Shown in pieces: positions 44,201 through 54,287 of a DNA stretch of 64,000 nt (its first letter is position 1; every line of letters starts with the position of its first letter). Where the stretch lies: NCBI RefSeq assembly GCF_003334305.1, contig NZ_QOWS01000012.1; one strand, given 5' to 3'. A model generated the notes under the pieces. That model ran no database searches. It had not been told where the DNA came from and saw nothing but the letters and a program-made list of their open reading frames with translations. Position numbers and translations under genes: made by a program. Source of the DNA: Escherichia coli. Its GTDB lineage: Bacteria; Pseudomonadota; Gammaproteobacteria; Enterobacterales; Enterobacteriaceae.

Positions 44201-44208
44201 CAGAAATA

Positions 44209-44523
44209 TTAAATCCCTGGCTGCAGAATACGAATATTCATCTCCAGCACGTCGCCTTTTACGGCTTCGCTGTACGCCTTCATGTGCGGGGTTTGCAGAT
44301 GCGCTTCAAGATGCGCGATGCTTTCCCACTGCTCAATCATCACGATAGAATCCGGTGCCATAGACTGGAAACTCACGCCAGCAGCGCAATCCACCATTGG
44401 CGCATAGCCGTGGCAACCTTCTTCTTTCAGTACGGTTGGAACGATTTTAGCAAACTGATCCAATACCGCCTGACGGTGATGTTGACCAGGACGAGTACGG
44501 ATTTCTGCGATTACGGTAAGCAT
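44209..44523 (-). CDS. ygiN: Quinol monooxygenase (ABM domain)
   Basis: 104-aa ORF; synteny with mdaB. Confidence 0.9.
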   Translation of the reverse strand: MLTVIAEIRTRPGQHHRQAVLDQFAKIVPTVLKEEGCHGYAPMVDCAAGVSFQSMAPDSIVMIEQWESIAHLEAHLQTPHMKAYSEAVKGDVLEMNIRILQPGI

Positions 44524-44553
44524 GGTTAACTCCTTCTAAAGCCTGAGCTCTAG

Positions 44554-45135
44554 TTAACCAAAAATTTCCACAAGATGCTTGCGATATTCTTCAGTATAGC
44601 GGGGAACATCAGGCATTTTTATCACGTCATTAGCGATAAATGTCGGCAGCGGTTCCATACCGAGGAATTGGTTTGCTTTATGGAACGGCAGATACACACC
44701 GTCAACGCCAACGCCGTGGAAGAACTGATCTTTTTCGGTGAAGGCTTCCATTGGTGCGTTCCAGGTTAGAGAAAGCATATATTTTTTGCCCTGTACCAGG
44801 CCGCCGGAACCGTATTTTTTCGACGGATCTTTGCGGGTACGACCATCGCTGGCATACAGTGTTCCATGACCTTCGGTGAATACATCATCAATATATTTTT
44901 TCACTGTCCACGGCGCGCCCATCCACCAGCCTGGCATCTGCCAGATCACCACATCAGCCCAGAGAAAGTTTTGTACTTCCGCTTTGACAACGTAGTCGCT
45001 GTCGGCGCGAACGATGCGGACATCATGCCCGAGGTCGCGCAGTGTGCCATCCGCGACTTCGGTCAGGGTGTCGTTCAGTTGACCATTGGAGTGGGCGAAT
45101 TTTTTCGCGCCGTTGATAATCAGGATGTTGCTCAT
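44554..45135 (-). CDS. mdaB: NADPH:quinone oxidoreductase MdaB
   Basis: 193-aa flavodoxin-like ORF, MSNILIINGAKKF N-terminus. Confidence 0.9.
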   Translation of the reverse strand: MSNILIINGAKKFAHSNGQLNDTLTEVADGTLRDLGHDVRIVRADSDYVVKAEVQNFLWADVVIWQMPGWWMGAPWTVKKYIDDVFTEGHGTLYASDGRTRKDPSKKYGSGGLVQGKKYMLSLTWNAPMEAFTEKDQFFHGVGVDGVYLPFHKANQFLGMEPLPTFIANDVIKMPDVPRYTEEYRKHLVEIFG

Positions 45136-45453
45136 TTTTTAACCTCAAGGTGAGACGTTTGTCGACTATAGTACGTCACAGAGCGGTACGGTGAAATTAG
45201 CAAAATGTGCAAAGTCTTTTGCGAATTTAGCAAAAGTCTGATCTAGCTCTGACTCACCGATGCAGGATAAATATTTTCTGAAAATGACAATACTGATAGC
45301 CATTCCTCATAATTCTTACTCGCACCGGAATAATTTACACGTTTGGTTCGGTTTTTTTTGGGATTGAAAATATGGCTTTGAATAAGTAAAAGATGAAAAT
45401 ATCAACGTGTCATGTTGATAATTATAAATGGATTTTTATGAGCGTACTGATAT

Positions 45454-45786
45454 ATGTTAAAGCATAAAATTCAAACAATATTTGAAGCTCTGTTATACAT
45501 AATGCTTACTTATTGGTTAATAGATGCTTTTTTTGCTTTCAATAAGTATGACTGGATGCTTGAGTCGGGAGGCAATATTTGCAGTATACCTTCCGTTTCA
45601 GGCGAAGATCGTATATTGCAAGCAATGATTGCAGCATTTTTTCTTCTTACGCCACTTATTATTCTTATCTTAAGAAAACTCTTTATGCGGGAAATGTTCG
45701 AGTTTTGGGTATATGTATTTTCGCTCGGTATTTGTCTGGTTTGTGGTTGGTGGCTTTTTTGGGGACGGTTTATATTTTGCTATTAG
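45454..45786 (+). CDS. ygiZ: Small inner membrane protein
   Basis: 110-aa ORF with three hydrophobic segments; synteny. Confidence 0.75.
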   Translation: MLKHKIQTIFEALLYIMLTYWLIDAFFAFNKYDWMLESGGNICSIPSVSGEDRILQAMIAAFFLLTPLIILILRKLFMREMFEFWVYVFSLGICLVCGWWLFWGRFIFCY

Positions 45787-45831
45787 TAAAATCTATGAGA
45801 GTCGTTTTAACGGCTCTCATAGACAGAGAAG

Positions 45832-47181
45832 TTACCAGCTTACCTTCGCCTCAAATCCACCTTGTTCCGCATTCCCAAATTCAACATTCATGCCATGCAA
45901 TTTGGCGATTCGCTGGACAATCGATAGCCCAAGCCCGCTGCCGGTAGCGGTTTGTCCGGGTGGGCGATAGAAGCGTTCGCCAATTCGCGCCAGAGCCTCT
46001 GGCGTCACACCGGGGCCGTTATCCCTCACGATGAAATTATCAGCATTCAGCGTGACGTCTATCACGCTGCCCTGTGGACTGTAGCGCACGGCGTTATCCA
46101 GCAAATTTCGCACCAACAAACTTAGCAATAGCGGTTGTCCGGTGCGTTTGATGCCGTGGGCATTGAGTGTCAGTCGCACGTCAATTTTCGCCTGCTGCGC
46201 CGTGTGGTAAATATCCATCACCGACGATTGGAGGAGATCTTCAAGCGGGATCTCCGCGACGTCCTGAAGGTTATCCAGTGAGTCCAGCCGCGATAGAGTG
46301 AGCAGTTGATCAACCAGACGAGTAGCGCGATCGATCCCGTAATGTAATTGAAGCAGCGCTTTTTTCCGCGCTTGCGGATCATCGTCAGAAAGCTGCGCAA
46401 CTTCGGTTTGCACTTTCAGCGCCGTTAACGGGCTACGTAGTTCGTGAGCTGCGTCGGAGGTAAAGCGTCGTTCACGAACCATCATCGCATGTGTGCGGGC
46501 GAACAGTTGATTTAGCGACTCAACCAACGGACGCACTTCGCTGGGTACGCCAGTCGCGTTTAGTGGTTTTTCCGAGTCAGGGTCACGCATACGCAGCGCC
46601 AGCGCCAGTTTGTTCAGCGGCGCGAGTTCACGACCCAATAGTACCATCATGATGATTAACATAATCGGCAGTGCGACCAGCCACGGGATCAATTGCCCGG
46701 CAACAATCGCCAGCGCCATGTCTTCACGGTATTCCCATTCCTGACCAACAACGATGCGATATTTGCCATCAGGTGAGGTCATCCAGACAAAACGCCATTG
46801 ATCTTTATCGCCCACCAGTTGCCCGTCAGCAAAACCTTCCCGTTGATAGCTATAAGGAATATCTTCTCCGTTATCGCCATCGTTAAGGACCATTCTGCCG
46901 TCGTGGGTAAAGATGGCAAAGGTCAGCGCATCGTCATCAACATGACCGTGTTTTAATTTATTTGGCGTCTGTGCCATGCGATCCGCCGCGTTGATTTCGT
47001 TGAGATCGAGCGTACTTAACCGCTTGGCAAACAGCATCAGTTGGGTGTCGAACAATTCATCGACGTTATCCGTTGTTTGTTTCCAGGCGACAAAGCTGGA
47101 AAGCAGCCAGGTCACCGAGGCCAGAATTAAAAAGATTAGCGTCAGCCTGACGCGCAGACTAAGACGTTGGGTAAATTTCAT
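45832..47181 (-). CDS. qseC: Sensor histidine kinase QseC
   Basis: 449-aa ORF; two TMs, H-box AAHELRSPL, HATPase domain. Confidence 0.9.
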   Translation of the reverse strand: MKFTQRLSLRVRLTLIFLILASVTWLLSSFVAWKQTTDNVDELFDTQLMLFAKRLSTLDLNEINAADRMAQTPNKLKHGHVDDDALTFAIFTHDGRMVLNDGDNGEDIPYSYQREGFADGQLVGDKDQWRFVWMTSPDGKYRIVVGQEWEYREDMALAIVAGQLIPWLVALPIMLIIMMVLLGRELAPLNKLALALRMRDPDSEKPLNATGVPSEVRPLVESLNQLFARTHAMMVRERRFTSDAAHELRSPLTALKVQTEVAQLSDDDPQARKKALLQLHYGIDRATRLVDQLLTLSRLDSLDNLQDVAEIPLEDLLQSSVMDIYHTAQQAKIDVRLTLNAHGIKRTGQPLLLSLLVRNLLDNAVRYSPQGSVIDVTLNADNFIVRDNGPGVTPEALARIGERFYRPPGQTATGSGLGLSIVQRIAKLHGMNVEFGNAEQGGFEAKVSW

Positions 47182-47837
47182 TTCTCACCTAATGTGTAGC
47201 CAATACCATGCACGGTACGAATAAAATCACTACCGAGTTTGCGTCGCAGATGATGCACATGCACTTCAACGGCATTACTGGTGACCTCTTCGTCCCAGGT
47301 ATACAGTTTCTCTTCAATCAGTTTGCGCGGCAGTACCCGACCAGCGTTACGCATCAGTAATTCCAGCAGGGCAAATTCTTTTGGTTTCAGTGTTAAGGGT
47401 TCGCCAGCCAGCGTGGCGATACGTTTGCCGGGGTCGAGCATGACGTTACCGTGGCGCAGCTCGTTGCTGGCCTGGCCGTTGGTTCGGCGCATCAGAGCTT
47501 CCAGCCTGGCGGCGACTTCTATCAACGCAAAAGGTTTACACAGATAATCGTCAGCTCCCAGACGCAGCCCTTCTACACGTTCCTCCAGCGCATCGCGCGC
47601 GGTCAGGATCAGTACCGGCTCACACTGACCTTTTTCTCGCCATTCGCGCAAAATATCGCGACCATCCATGCCTGGTAAGGTTAAATCCAGGATCACCGCA
47701 TCATAAGGCGCGCTATAAAGCGCCTCTTTTCCCTGACGACCTTGTGTAAACCAGTCGACGCTAAAACCCATTTTACTAAGGCCCGTTTTGATGCCGTCGC
47801 CAATCAGCATGTCATCTTCTATCAGTAAAATTCGCAT
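47178..47837 (-). CDS. qseB: OmpR-family response regulator QseB
   Basis: 219-aa [12 protein letters not shown] receiver plus winged-helix; overlaps qseC start by 4 nt. Confidence 0.95.
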   Translation of the reverse strand: MRILLIEDDMLIGDGIKTGLSKMGFSVDWFTQGRQGKEALYSAPYDAVILDLTLPGMDGRDILREWREKGQCEPVLILTARDALEERVEGLRLGADDYLCKPFALIEVAARLEALMRRTNGQASNELRHGNVMLDPGKRIATLAGEPLTLKPKEFALLELLMRNAGRVLPRKLIEEKLYTWDEEVTSNAVEVHVHHLRRKLGSDFIRTVHGIGYTLGEK

Positions 47838-47988
47838 TTTTTCATCCCTGCGATAACCGTATTTGCTGCCAGTAAACCGTGTTGTAACGCGCTCTGTACA
47901 GCACTAAATTTTATTTTTTTCCCTTAAGAAGTTGTTAAGGACTATCTTGTTAAATGCTCGGAAACAGACATTAAAGGGAGTAATAAAC

Positions 47989-48381
47989 ATGAAAAAATTC
48001 GCAGCAGTAATCGCAGTAATGGCCCTGTGCAGCGCACCGGTGATGGCAGCAGAGCAGGGCGGTTTTTCTGGCCCATCGGCAACGCAAAGTCAGGCCGGAG
48101 GATTCCAGGGGCCGAACGGCAGCGTAACGACCGTAGAAAGCGCAAAATCCCTGCGTGACGACACCTGGGTAACCCTGCGCGGCAATATCGTTGAACGCAT
48201 CTCTGACGATCTCTACGTGTTTAAAGATGCCAGCGGTACTATCAATGTTGATATCGACCACAAACGCTGGAACGGTGTGACGGTGACGCCGAAAGATACG
48301 GTTGAGATTCAGGGTGAAGTCGATAAAGACTGGAATTCTGTTGAAATTGACGTCAAACAGATCCGCAAAGTAAATCCGTAA
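47989..48381 (+). CDS. ygiW: BOF/YgiW-family periplasmic OB-fold protein (VisP)
   Basis: ORF track starts TTG 47932; ATG at 47989 gives MKKFAAVIAVMALCSAPVMA signal peptide (130 aa). Confidence 0.85.
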   Translation: MKKFAAVIAVMALCSAPVMAAEQGGFSGPSATQSQAGGFQGPNGSVTTVESAKSLRDDTWVTLRGNIVERISDDLYVFKDASGTINVDIDHKRWNGVTVTPKDTVEIQGEVDKDWNSVEIDVKQIRKVNP

Positions 48382-48391
48382 TTGTTACCGC

Positions 48392-48412
48392 TCCCGGGAC
48401 GCGTTCCCGGGA
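48392..48412 (+). terminator. ygiW terminator hairpin
   Basis: tcccggga-cgcgt-tcccggga palindrome stem after stop. Confidence 0.5.
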
Positions 48413-48433
48413 ATAATTTCGCAGGGAGGCAAA

Positions 48434-48916
48434 ATGACAAACCTGACACTGGATGTAAACATTATCGATTTCCCATCAATCCCTGTGGCGATGTTGCCGC
48501 ACCGCTGTAGCCCTGAGTTGCTCAACTACAGTGTGGCGAAATTTATCATGTGGCGTAAAGAGACGAGGCTTTCTCCTGTTAACCAAAGCCAGACTTTTGG
48601 CGTCGCCTGGGACGACCCTGCCACCACCGCACCGGAAGCGTTTCGCTTTGATATCTGCGGCAGCGTTAGCGAACCGATTCCCGATAATCGTTATGGTGTG
48701 AGCAATGGTGAACTTACCGGTGGACGTTATGCCGTGGCCCGCCACGTTGGCGAGCTGGACGATATTTCACACACGATATGGGGCATTATTCGCCACTGGC
48801 TGCCTGCAAGCGGCGAGAAAATGCGTAAAGCACCGATTCTGTTTCACTACACCAATCTTGCCGAAGGGGTGACAGAGCAGCGACTGGAAACGGATGTTTA
48901 TGTGCCGTTGGCGTGA
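48434..48916 (+). CDS. ygiV: GyrI-like domain transcription factor
   Basis: 160-aa ORF; synteny after ygiW. Confidence 0.8.
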   Translation: MTNLTLDVNIIDFPSIPVAMLPHRCSPELLNYSVAKFIMWRKETRLSPVNQSQTFGVAWDDPATTAPEAFRFDICGSVSEPIPDNRYGVSNGELTGGRYAVARHVGELDDISHTIWGIIRHWLPASGEKMRKAPILFHYTNLAEGVTEQRLETDVYVPLA

Positions 48917-49461
48917 TGGGGAATCTTTACCGGAGTGTGAGCCAAATCACTCGCGATAAGTTTGAGCGAACAATGCCACAGGCGTATTGTTGTTGGGCTT
49001 ATAATTTCTCCGGTAAGGAATACCATGTATACGCGAAATTTATTATCCGGTGCGCCGTAAGCCGTCTCGGGGGTATCCATGAGCAAGCCGCACTTATGGC
49101 AGGAGGCGCGGGGCACTGGTGGAGACACAGCTAAACTGGGCTGAACCGTATACTTACAGTCGACTACTTTGATGCTTTAGGCTTCCCTGGACTCGCATAA
49201 CCTCAACTTCTCGAATCGCCCGGAGCGGACCCCCATGCCGAGTGGTGTGGCATGGGCGCAACCTTGTGCTGCCCTCTATGCCGATCAAGTCTACAGCAAA
49301 GAGTTGTATATCAAGGCACATTGATGCCTTTATCGCCGTCGGAGCACGTCCGGCGGCGCTATTCACGCTGATCTCCTGTGACTCGACGCGGCAGATAATG
49401 TAGTATCTCCGGCAATATTGCCCCTTTGAAGGCTGGCGAATAAGTTGAGGAATCAGAATTA

Positions 49462-51720
49462 ATGAGCGATATGGCAGAGCGCCTTGCGCTACATGAATTT
49501 ACGGAAAACGCCTACTTAAACTACTCCATGTACGTGATCATGGACCGTGCGTTGCCGTTTATTGGCGATGGTCTTAAACCTGTTCAGCGCCGCATTGTGT
49601 ATGCGATGTCTGAACTGGGCCTGAATGCCAGCGCCAAATTTAAAAAATCGGCCCGTACCGTCGGTGACGTACTGGGTAAATACCATCCGCACGGCGATAG
49701 CGCCTGTTATGAAGCGATGGTCCTGATGGCGCAGCCGTTCTCTTACCGTTATCCGCTGGTTGATGGTCAGGGGAACTGGGGCGCGCCGGACGATCCGAAA
49801 TCGTTCGCGGCAATGCGTTACACCGAATCCCGGTTGTCGAAATATTCCGAGCTGCTATTGAGCGAGCTGGGGCAGGGGACGGCTGACTGGGTGCCAAACT
49901 TCGACGGCACTTTGCAGGAGCCGAAAATGCTGCCTGCTCGTCTGCCAAACATTTTGCTTAACGGCACCACCGGTATTGCCGTCGGCATGGCGACCGATAT
50001 TCCACCGCATAACCTGCGTGAAGTAGCTCAGGCGGCAATCGCATTAATCGACCAGCCGAAAACCACGCTCGATCAGCTGCTGGATATCGTGCAGGGGCCG
50101 GATTATCCGACTGAAGCGGAAATTATCACTTCGCGCGCCGAGATCCGTAAAATCTACGAGAACGGACGTGGTTCAGTGCGTATGCGCGCGGTGTGGAAGA
50201 AAGAAGATGGCGCGGTGGTTATCAGCGCATTACCGCATCAGGTTTCAGGTGCGCGCGTACTGGAGCAAATTGCTGCGCAAATGCGCAATAAAAAGCTGCC
50301 GATGGTTGACGATCTGCGCGATGAATCTGACCACGAGAACCCGACCCGTCTGGTGATTGTGCCGCGTTCCAACCGCGTGGATATGGATCAGGTGATGAAC
50401 CACCTCTTCGCTACCACCGATCTGGAAAAGAGCTATCGCATTAACCTCAATATGATCGGTCTGGATGGTCGTCCGGCGGTGAAAAACCTGCTGGAAATCC
50501 TCTCCGAATGGCTGGTGTTCCGTCGCGATACCGTGCGCCGCCGACTGAACTATCGTCTGGAGAAAGTCCTCAAGCGCCTGCATATCCTGGAAGGTTTGCT
50601 GGTGGCGTTTCTCAACATCGACGAAGTGATTGAGATCATTCGTAACGAAGATGAACCGAAACCGGCGCTGATGTCGCGGTTTGGCCTTACGGAAACCCAG
50701 GCGGAAGCGATCCTCGAACTGAAACTGCGTCATCTTGCCAAACTGGAAGAGATGAAGATTCGCGGTGAGCAGAGTGAGCTGGAAAAAGAGCGCGACCAGT
50801 TGCAGGGCATTTTGGCTTCCGAGCGTAAAATGAATAACCTGCTGAAGAAAGAACTGCAGGCAGACGCGCAAGCCTACGGTGACGATCGTCGTTCGCCGTT
50901 GCAGGAACGCGAAGAAGCGAAAGCGATGAGCGAGCACGACATGCTGCCGTCTGAACCTGTCACCATTGTGCTGTCGCAGATGGGTTGGGTACGCAGCGCT
51001 AAAGGCCATGATATCGACGCGCCGGGCCTGAATTATAAAGCGGGTGATAGCTTCAAAGCGGCGGTGAAAGGTAAGAGCAACCAACCGGTAGTGTTTGTTG
51101 ATTCCACCGGTCGTAGCTATGCCATCGACCCGATTACGCTGCCGTCGGCGCGTGGTCAGGGCGAGCCGCTCACCGGCAAATTAACGTTGCCGCCTGGGGC
51201 GACCGTTGACCATATGCTGATGGAAAGCGACGATCAGAAACTGCTGATGGCTTCCGATGCGGGTTACGGTTTCGTCTGCACCTTTAACGATCTGGTGGCG
51301 CGTAACCGTGCAGGTAAGGCTTTGATCACCTTACCGGAAAATGCCCATGTTATGCCGCCGGTGGTGATTGAAGATGCTTCCGATATGCTGCTGGCAATCA
51401 CTCAGGCAGGCCGTATGTTGATGTTCCCGGTAAGCGATCTGCCGCAGCTGTCGAAGGGCAAAGGCAACAAGATTATCAACATTCCATCGGCAGAAGCCGC
51501 GCGTGGAGAAGATGGTCTGGCGCAATTGTACGTTCTGCCGCCGCAAAGCACGCTGACCATTCATGTTGGGAAACGCAAAATTAAACTGCGCCCGGAAGAG
51601 TTACAGAAAGTCACTGGCGAACGTGGACGCCGCGGTACGTTGATGCGCGGTTTGCAGCGTATCGATCGTGTTGAGATCGACTCTCCTCGCCGTGCCAGCA
51701 GCGGTGATAGCGAAGAGTAA
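49462..51720 (+). CDS. parC: DNA topoisomerase IV subunit A
   Basis: 752-aa ORF; active-site region AAMRYTE. Confidence 0.95.
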
Positions 51721-51760
51721 TATGCCGGGGAGGGCCTGTTTCCTCCCGCTTGCAAGGAAC

Positions 51761-51790
51761 GCCGGATGAAACGTTAAGTCGTCATCCGGC
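51761..51790. repeat. REP-like palindromic unit
   Basis: gccggatga ... tcatccggc perfect 9-bp arms around a 12-nt spacer. Confidence 0.5.
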
Positions 51791-51952
51791 AGCGTATTCA
51801 ACCCCCGGAAACGATAAAAATTCCCTTGAAACCGTTGTTTATTCATGCGTTGCGATTAACAATACGCTTTTCCAGAGAGCGGCTTTTAACAATGCCCTAA
51901 CCTGATTTCAGGTGACGTACAATGCCAGTCTCTCAGACCTTCAGAGGGTGTT

Positions 51953-52690
51953 ATGCTATATATCTTTCGTCTTATTATTACCGTGATTTACAGCATCTTA
52001 GTCTGTGTATTCGGCTCCATTTACTGCCTTTTCAGCCCGCGTAACCCGAAACATGTGGCCACCTTTGGGCATATGTTTGGCCGTCTTGCGCCGCTGTTCG
52101 GCCTGAAAGTTGAGTGCCGCAAACCTGCAGATGCTGAAAGCTACGGCAATGCTATCTATATCGCTAACCACCAGAACAACTATGACATGGTGACAGCATC
52201 GAACATTGTGCAACCGCCGACGGTGACGGTAGGTAAAAAGAGCTTGCTGTGGATCCCCTTCTTCGGGCAGTTGTACTGGTTAACCGGCAACTTATTGATC
52301 GACAGAAACAATCGCACTAAAGCTCACGGCACCATTGCGGAAGTCGTGAATCATTTCAAAAAACGCCGTATTTCCATCTGGATGTTCCCGGAAGGAACCC
52401 GCAGCCGTGGTCGCGGCCTGCTACCGTTCAAGACTGGAGCATTTCACGCGGCAATTGCGGCGAGCGTCCCGATTATTCCCGTGTGCGTCTCTACAACTTC
52501 GAATAAGATTAATCTTAATCGACTGCACAACGGTCTGGTGATTGTCGAAATGCTGCCGCCAATTGACGTCAGTCAGTATGGCAAAGATCAGGTTCGTGAG
52601 CTGGCTGCCCATTGTCGTTCGATAATGGAACAAAAAATCGCCGAGCTCGATAAAGAAGTCGCAGAACGCGAAGCCGCCGGAAAAGTTTAA
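51953..52690 (+). CDS. plsC: 1-acyl-sn-glycerol-3-phosphate acyltransferase
   Basis: 245-aa ORF with NHQNNYD (HX4D) and FPEGTR acyltransferase motifs. Confidence 0.9.
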   Translation: MLYIFRLIITVIYSILVCVFGSIYCLFSPRNPKHVATFGHMFGRLAPLFGLKVECRKPADAESYGNAIYIANHQNNYDMVTASNIVQPPTVTVGKKSLLWIPFFGQLYWLTGNLLIDRNNRTKAHGTIAEVVNHFKKRRISIWMFPEGTRSRGRGLLPFKTGAFHAAIAASVPIIPVCVSTTSNKINLNRLHNGLVIVEMLPPIDVSQYGKDQVRELAAHCRSIMEQKIAELDKEVAEREAAGKV

Positions 52691-52764
52691 GTCGGCAATC
52701 TGTATTTTTGCGGGGAACACTTTCCTGCACGGTATTACTTTAGCCAGTTTTACATGGAGCAAAT

Positions 52765-54177
52765 ATGTCACTCAGTCGGCGTCAGTTCATTCAGGCATCG
52801 GGGATTGCACTTTGTGCAGGCGCTGTTCCCCTGAAGGCCAGCGCAGCCGGGCAACAGCAACCGCTACCCGTTCCGCCGCTACTTGAATCTCGCCGTGGGC
52901 AACCGCTGTTTATGACTGTACAACGTGCGCACTGGTCATTTACGCCAGGGACACGCGCGTCGGTCTGGGGAATCAATGGTCGTTACCTGGGGCCGACTAT
53001 CCGCGTCTGGAAGGGCGACGATGTTAAGCTTATTTACAGCAACCGCCTGACAGAAAATGTCTCAATGACGGTGGCCGGGCTACAGGTACCAGGCCCGCTG
53101 ATGGGCGGTCCGGCACGGATGATGTCGCCAAACGCTGACTGGGCACCCGTACTGCCCATTCGCCAGAACGCAGCTACTCTGTGGTATCACGCCAATACTC
53201 CCAACCGCACGGCTCAGCAGGTCTATAACGGCCTTGCCGGAATGTGGCTGGTGGAAGATGAAGTCAGCAAGTCGCTGCCTATCCCCAACCATTATGGTGT
53301 GGATGATTTTCCGGTCATTATCCAGGATAAACGGCTGGATAACTTTGGTACGCCAGAATACAACGAACCGGGAAGCGGCGGCTTTGTTGGTGATACGCTG
53401 CTGGTTAACGGTGTACAAAGCCCGTACGTTGAAGTCTCGCGTGGCTGGGTGCGCTTGCGACTGCTGAACGCGTCGAACTCTCGTCGCTATCAACTACAGA
53501 TGAGCGATGGTCGCCCGTTACATGTGATTTCTGGCGATCAGGGATTCCTGCCTGCTCCTGTATCGGTGAAGCAACTTTCGCTGGCACCGGGCGAGCGCCG
53601 CGAGATTCTGGTGGATATGAGCAACGGCGATGAAGTGTCGATCACCTGTGGCGAAGCGGCGAGCATTGTTGATCGTATTCGCGGCTTCTTTGAGCCATCC
53701 AGTATTCTGGTTTCTACCCTGGTGCTAACGCTGCGCCCAACCGGCCTTCTGCCGCTGGTCACAGACAGTCTTCCGATGCGCTTGCTGCCAACTGAAATCA
53801 TGGCTGGTTCGCCAATTCGCAGTCGCGATATCAGTCTGGGTGATGACCCGGGTATTAATGGACAGCTGTGGGACGTCAACCGTATTGATGTCACCGCGCA
53901 GCAAGGAACGTGGGAACGCTGGACGGTACGCGCGGACGAGCCGCAAGCGTTCCATATTGAAGGCGTAATGTTCCAGATCCGTAACGTGAATGGCGCGATG
54001 CCGTTCCCGGAAGACAGAGGCTGGAAAGATACCGTTTGGGTTGACGGACAAGTGGAGCTGCTTGTTTATTTCGGTCAGCCTTCCTGGGCGCACTTCCCGT
54101 TCTACTTCAACAGTCAGACGCTGGAAATGGCGGACCGTGGCTCGATAGGGCAACTTTTGGTCAATCCGGTACCGTAA
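52765..54177 (+). CDS. ftsP: Cell division protein FtsP (SufI), multicopper-oxidase fold, Tat substrate
   Basis: 470-aa ORF; twin-arginine signal MSLSRRQFIQASGIALCAGA. Confidence 0.9.
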   Translation: MSLSRRQFIQASGIALCAGAVPLKASAAGQQQPLPVPPLLESRRGQPLFMTVQRAHWSFTPGTRASVWGINGRYLGPTIRVWKGDDVKLIYSNRLTENVSMTVAGLQVPGPLMGGPARMMSPNADWAPVLPIRQNAATLWYHANTPNRTAQQVYNGLAGMWLVEDEVSKSLPIPNHYGVDDFPVIIQDKRLDNFGTPEYNEPGSGGFVGDTLLVNGVQSPYVEVSRGWVRLRLLNASNSRRYQLQMSDGRPLHVISGDQGFLPAPVSVKQLSLAPGERREILVDMSNGDEVSITCGEAASIVDRIRGFFEPSSILVSTLVLTLRPTGLLPLVTDSLPMRLLPTEIMAGSPIRSRDISLGDDPGINGQLWDVNRIDVTAQQGTWERWTVRADEPQAFHIEGVMFQIRNVNGAMPFPEDRGWKDTVWVDGQVELLVYFGQPSWAHFPFYFNSQTLEMADRGSIGQLLVNPVP

Positions 54178-54181
54178 TCTT

Positions 54182-54208
54182 CATACTCGCCCGAGGAGGG
54201 CGAGTATG
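54182..54208 (+). terminator. ftsP terminator hairpin
   Basis: catactcgcc/ggcgagtatg perfect 10-bp stem, 7-nt loop. Confidence 0.6.
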
Positions 54209-54287
54209 GAATACCTTTCGATTTCTCTTTCGTTCCGGCTTATAATCCCCGGCCTTTGATTATTTTTTTATCATTTCTGGAAGCAAA

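Larger units (their letters stand above)
35877..44208. other. ~8.3 kb accessory gene block between convergent core genes parE and ygiN; no integrase, transposase, tRNA or flanking direct repeats seen
   Basis: Eight ORFs with no counterpart in the K-12 parE-ygiN interval (recollection); AT-rich by eye; bounded by terminator hairpins. Confidence 0.7.

Noticed and set aside
35877-44208. Accessory block as an integrative mobile element, prophage or IS-flanked transposon
   Set aside because: No integrase, recombinase, transposase, tRNA target, terminal inverted repeats or flanking direct repeats visible; content is metabolic. Origin remains horizontal transfer by unknown route.
48898-49366. Short ORFs (70-76 aa) in the ygiV-parC junction as remnants of mqsR/mqsA
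   Set aside because: Translations show no resemblance to the MqsR or MqsA sequences I can recall, and the ORFs overlap each other on opposite strands; treated as non-coding until searched.
51727-51747. gggagg/cctccc hairpin after parC as a terminator
   Set aside because: Short 6-bp stem and no U-tract; the REP-like palindrome at 51761-51790 is the more convincing structured element here.
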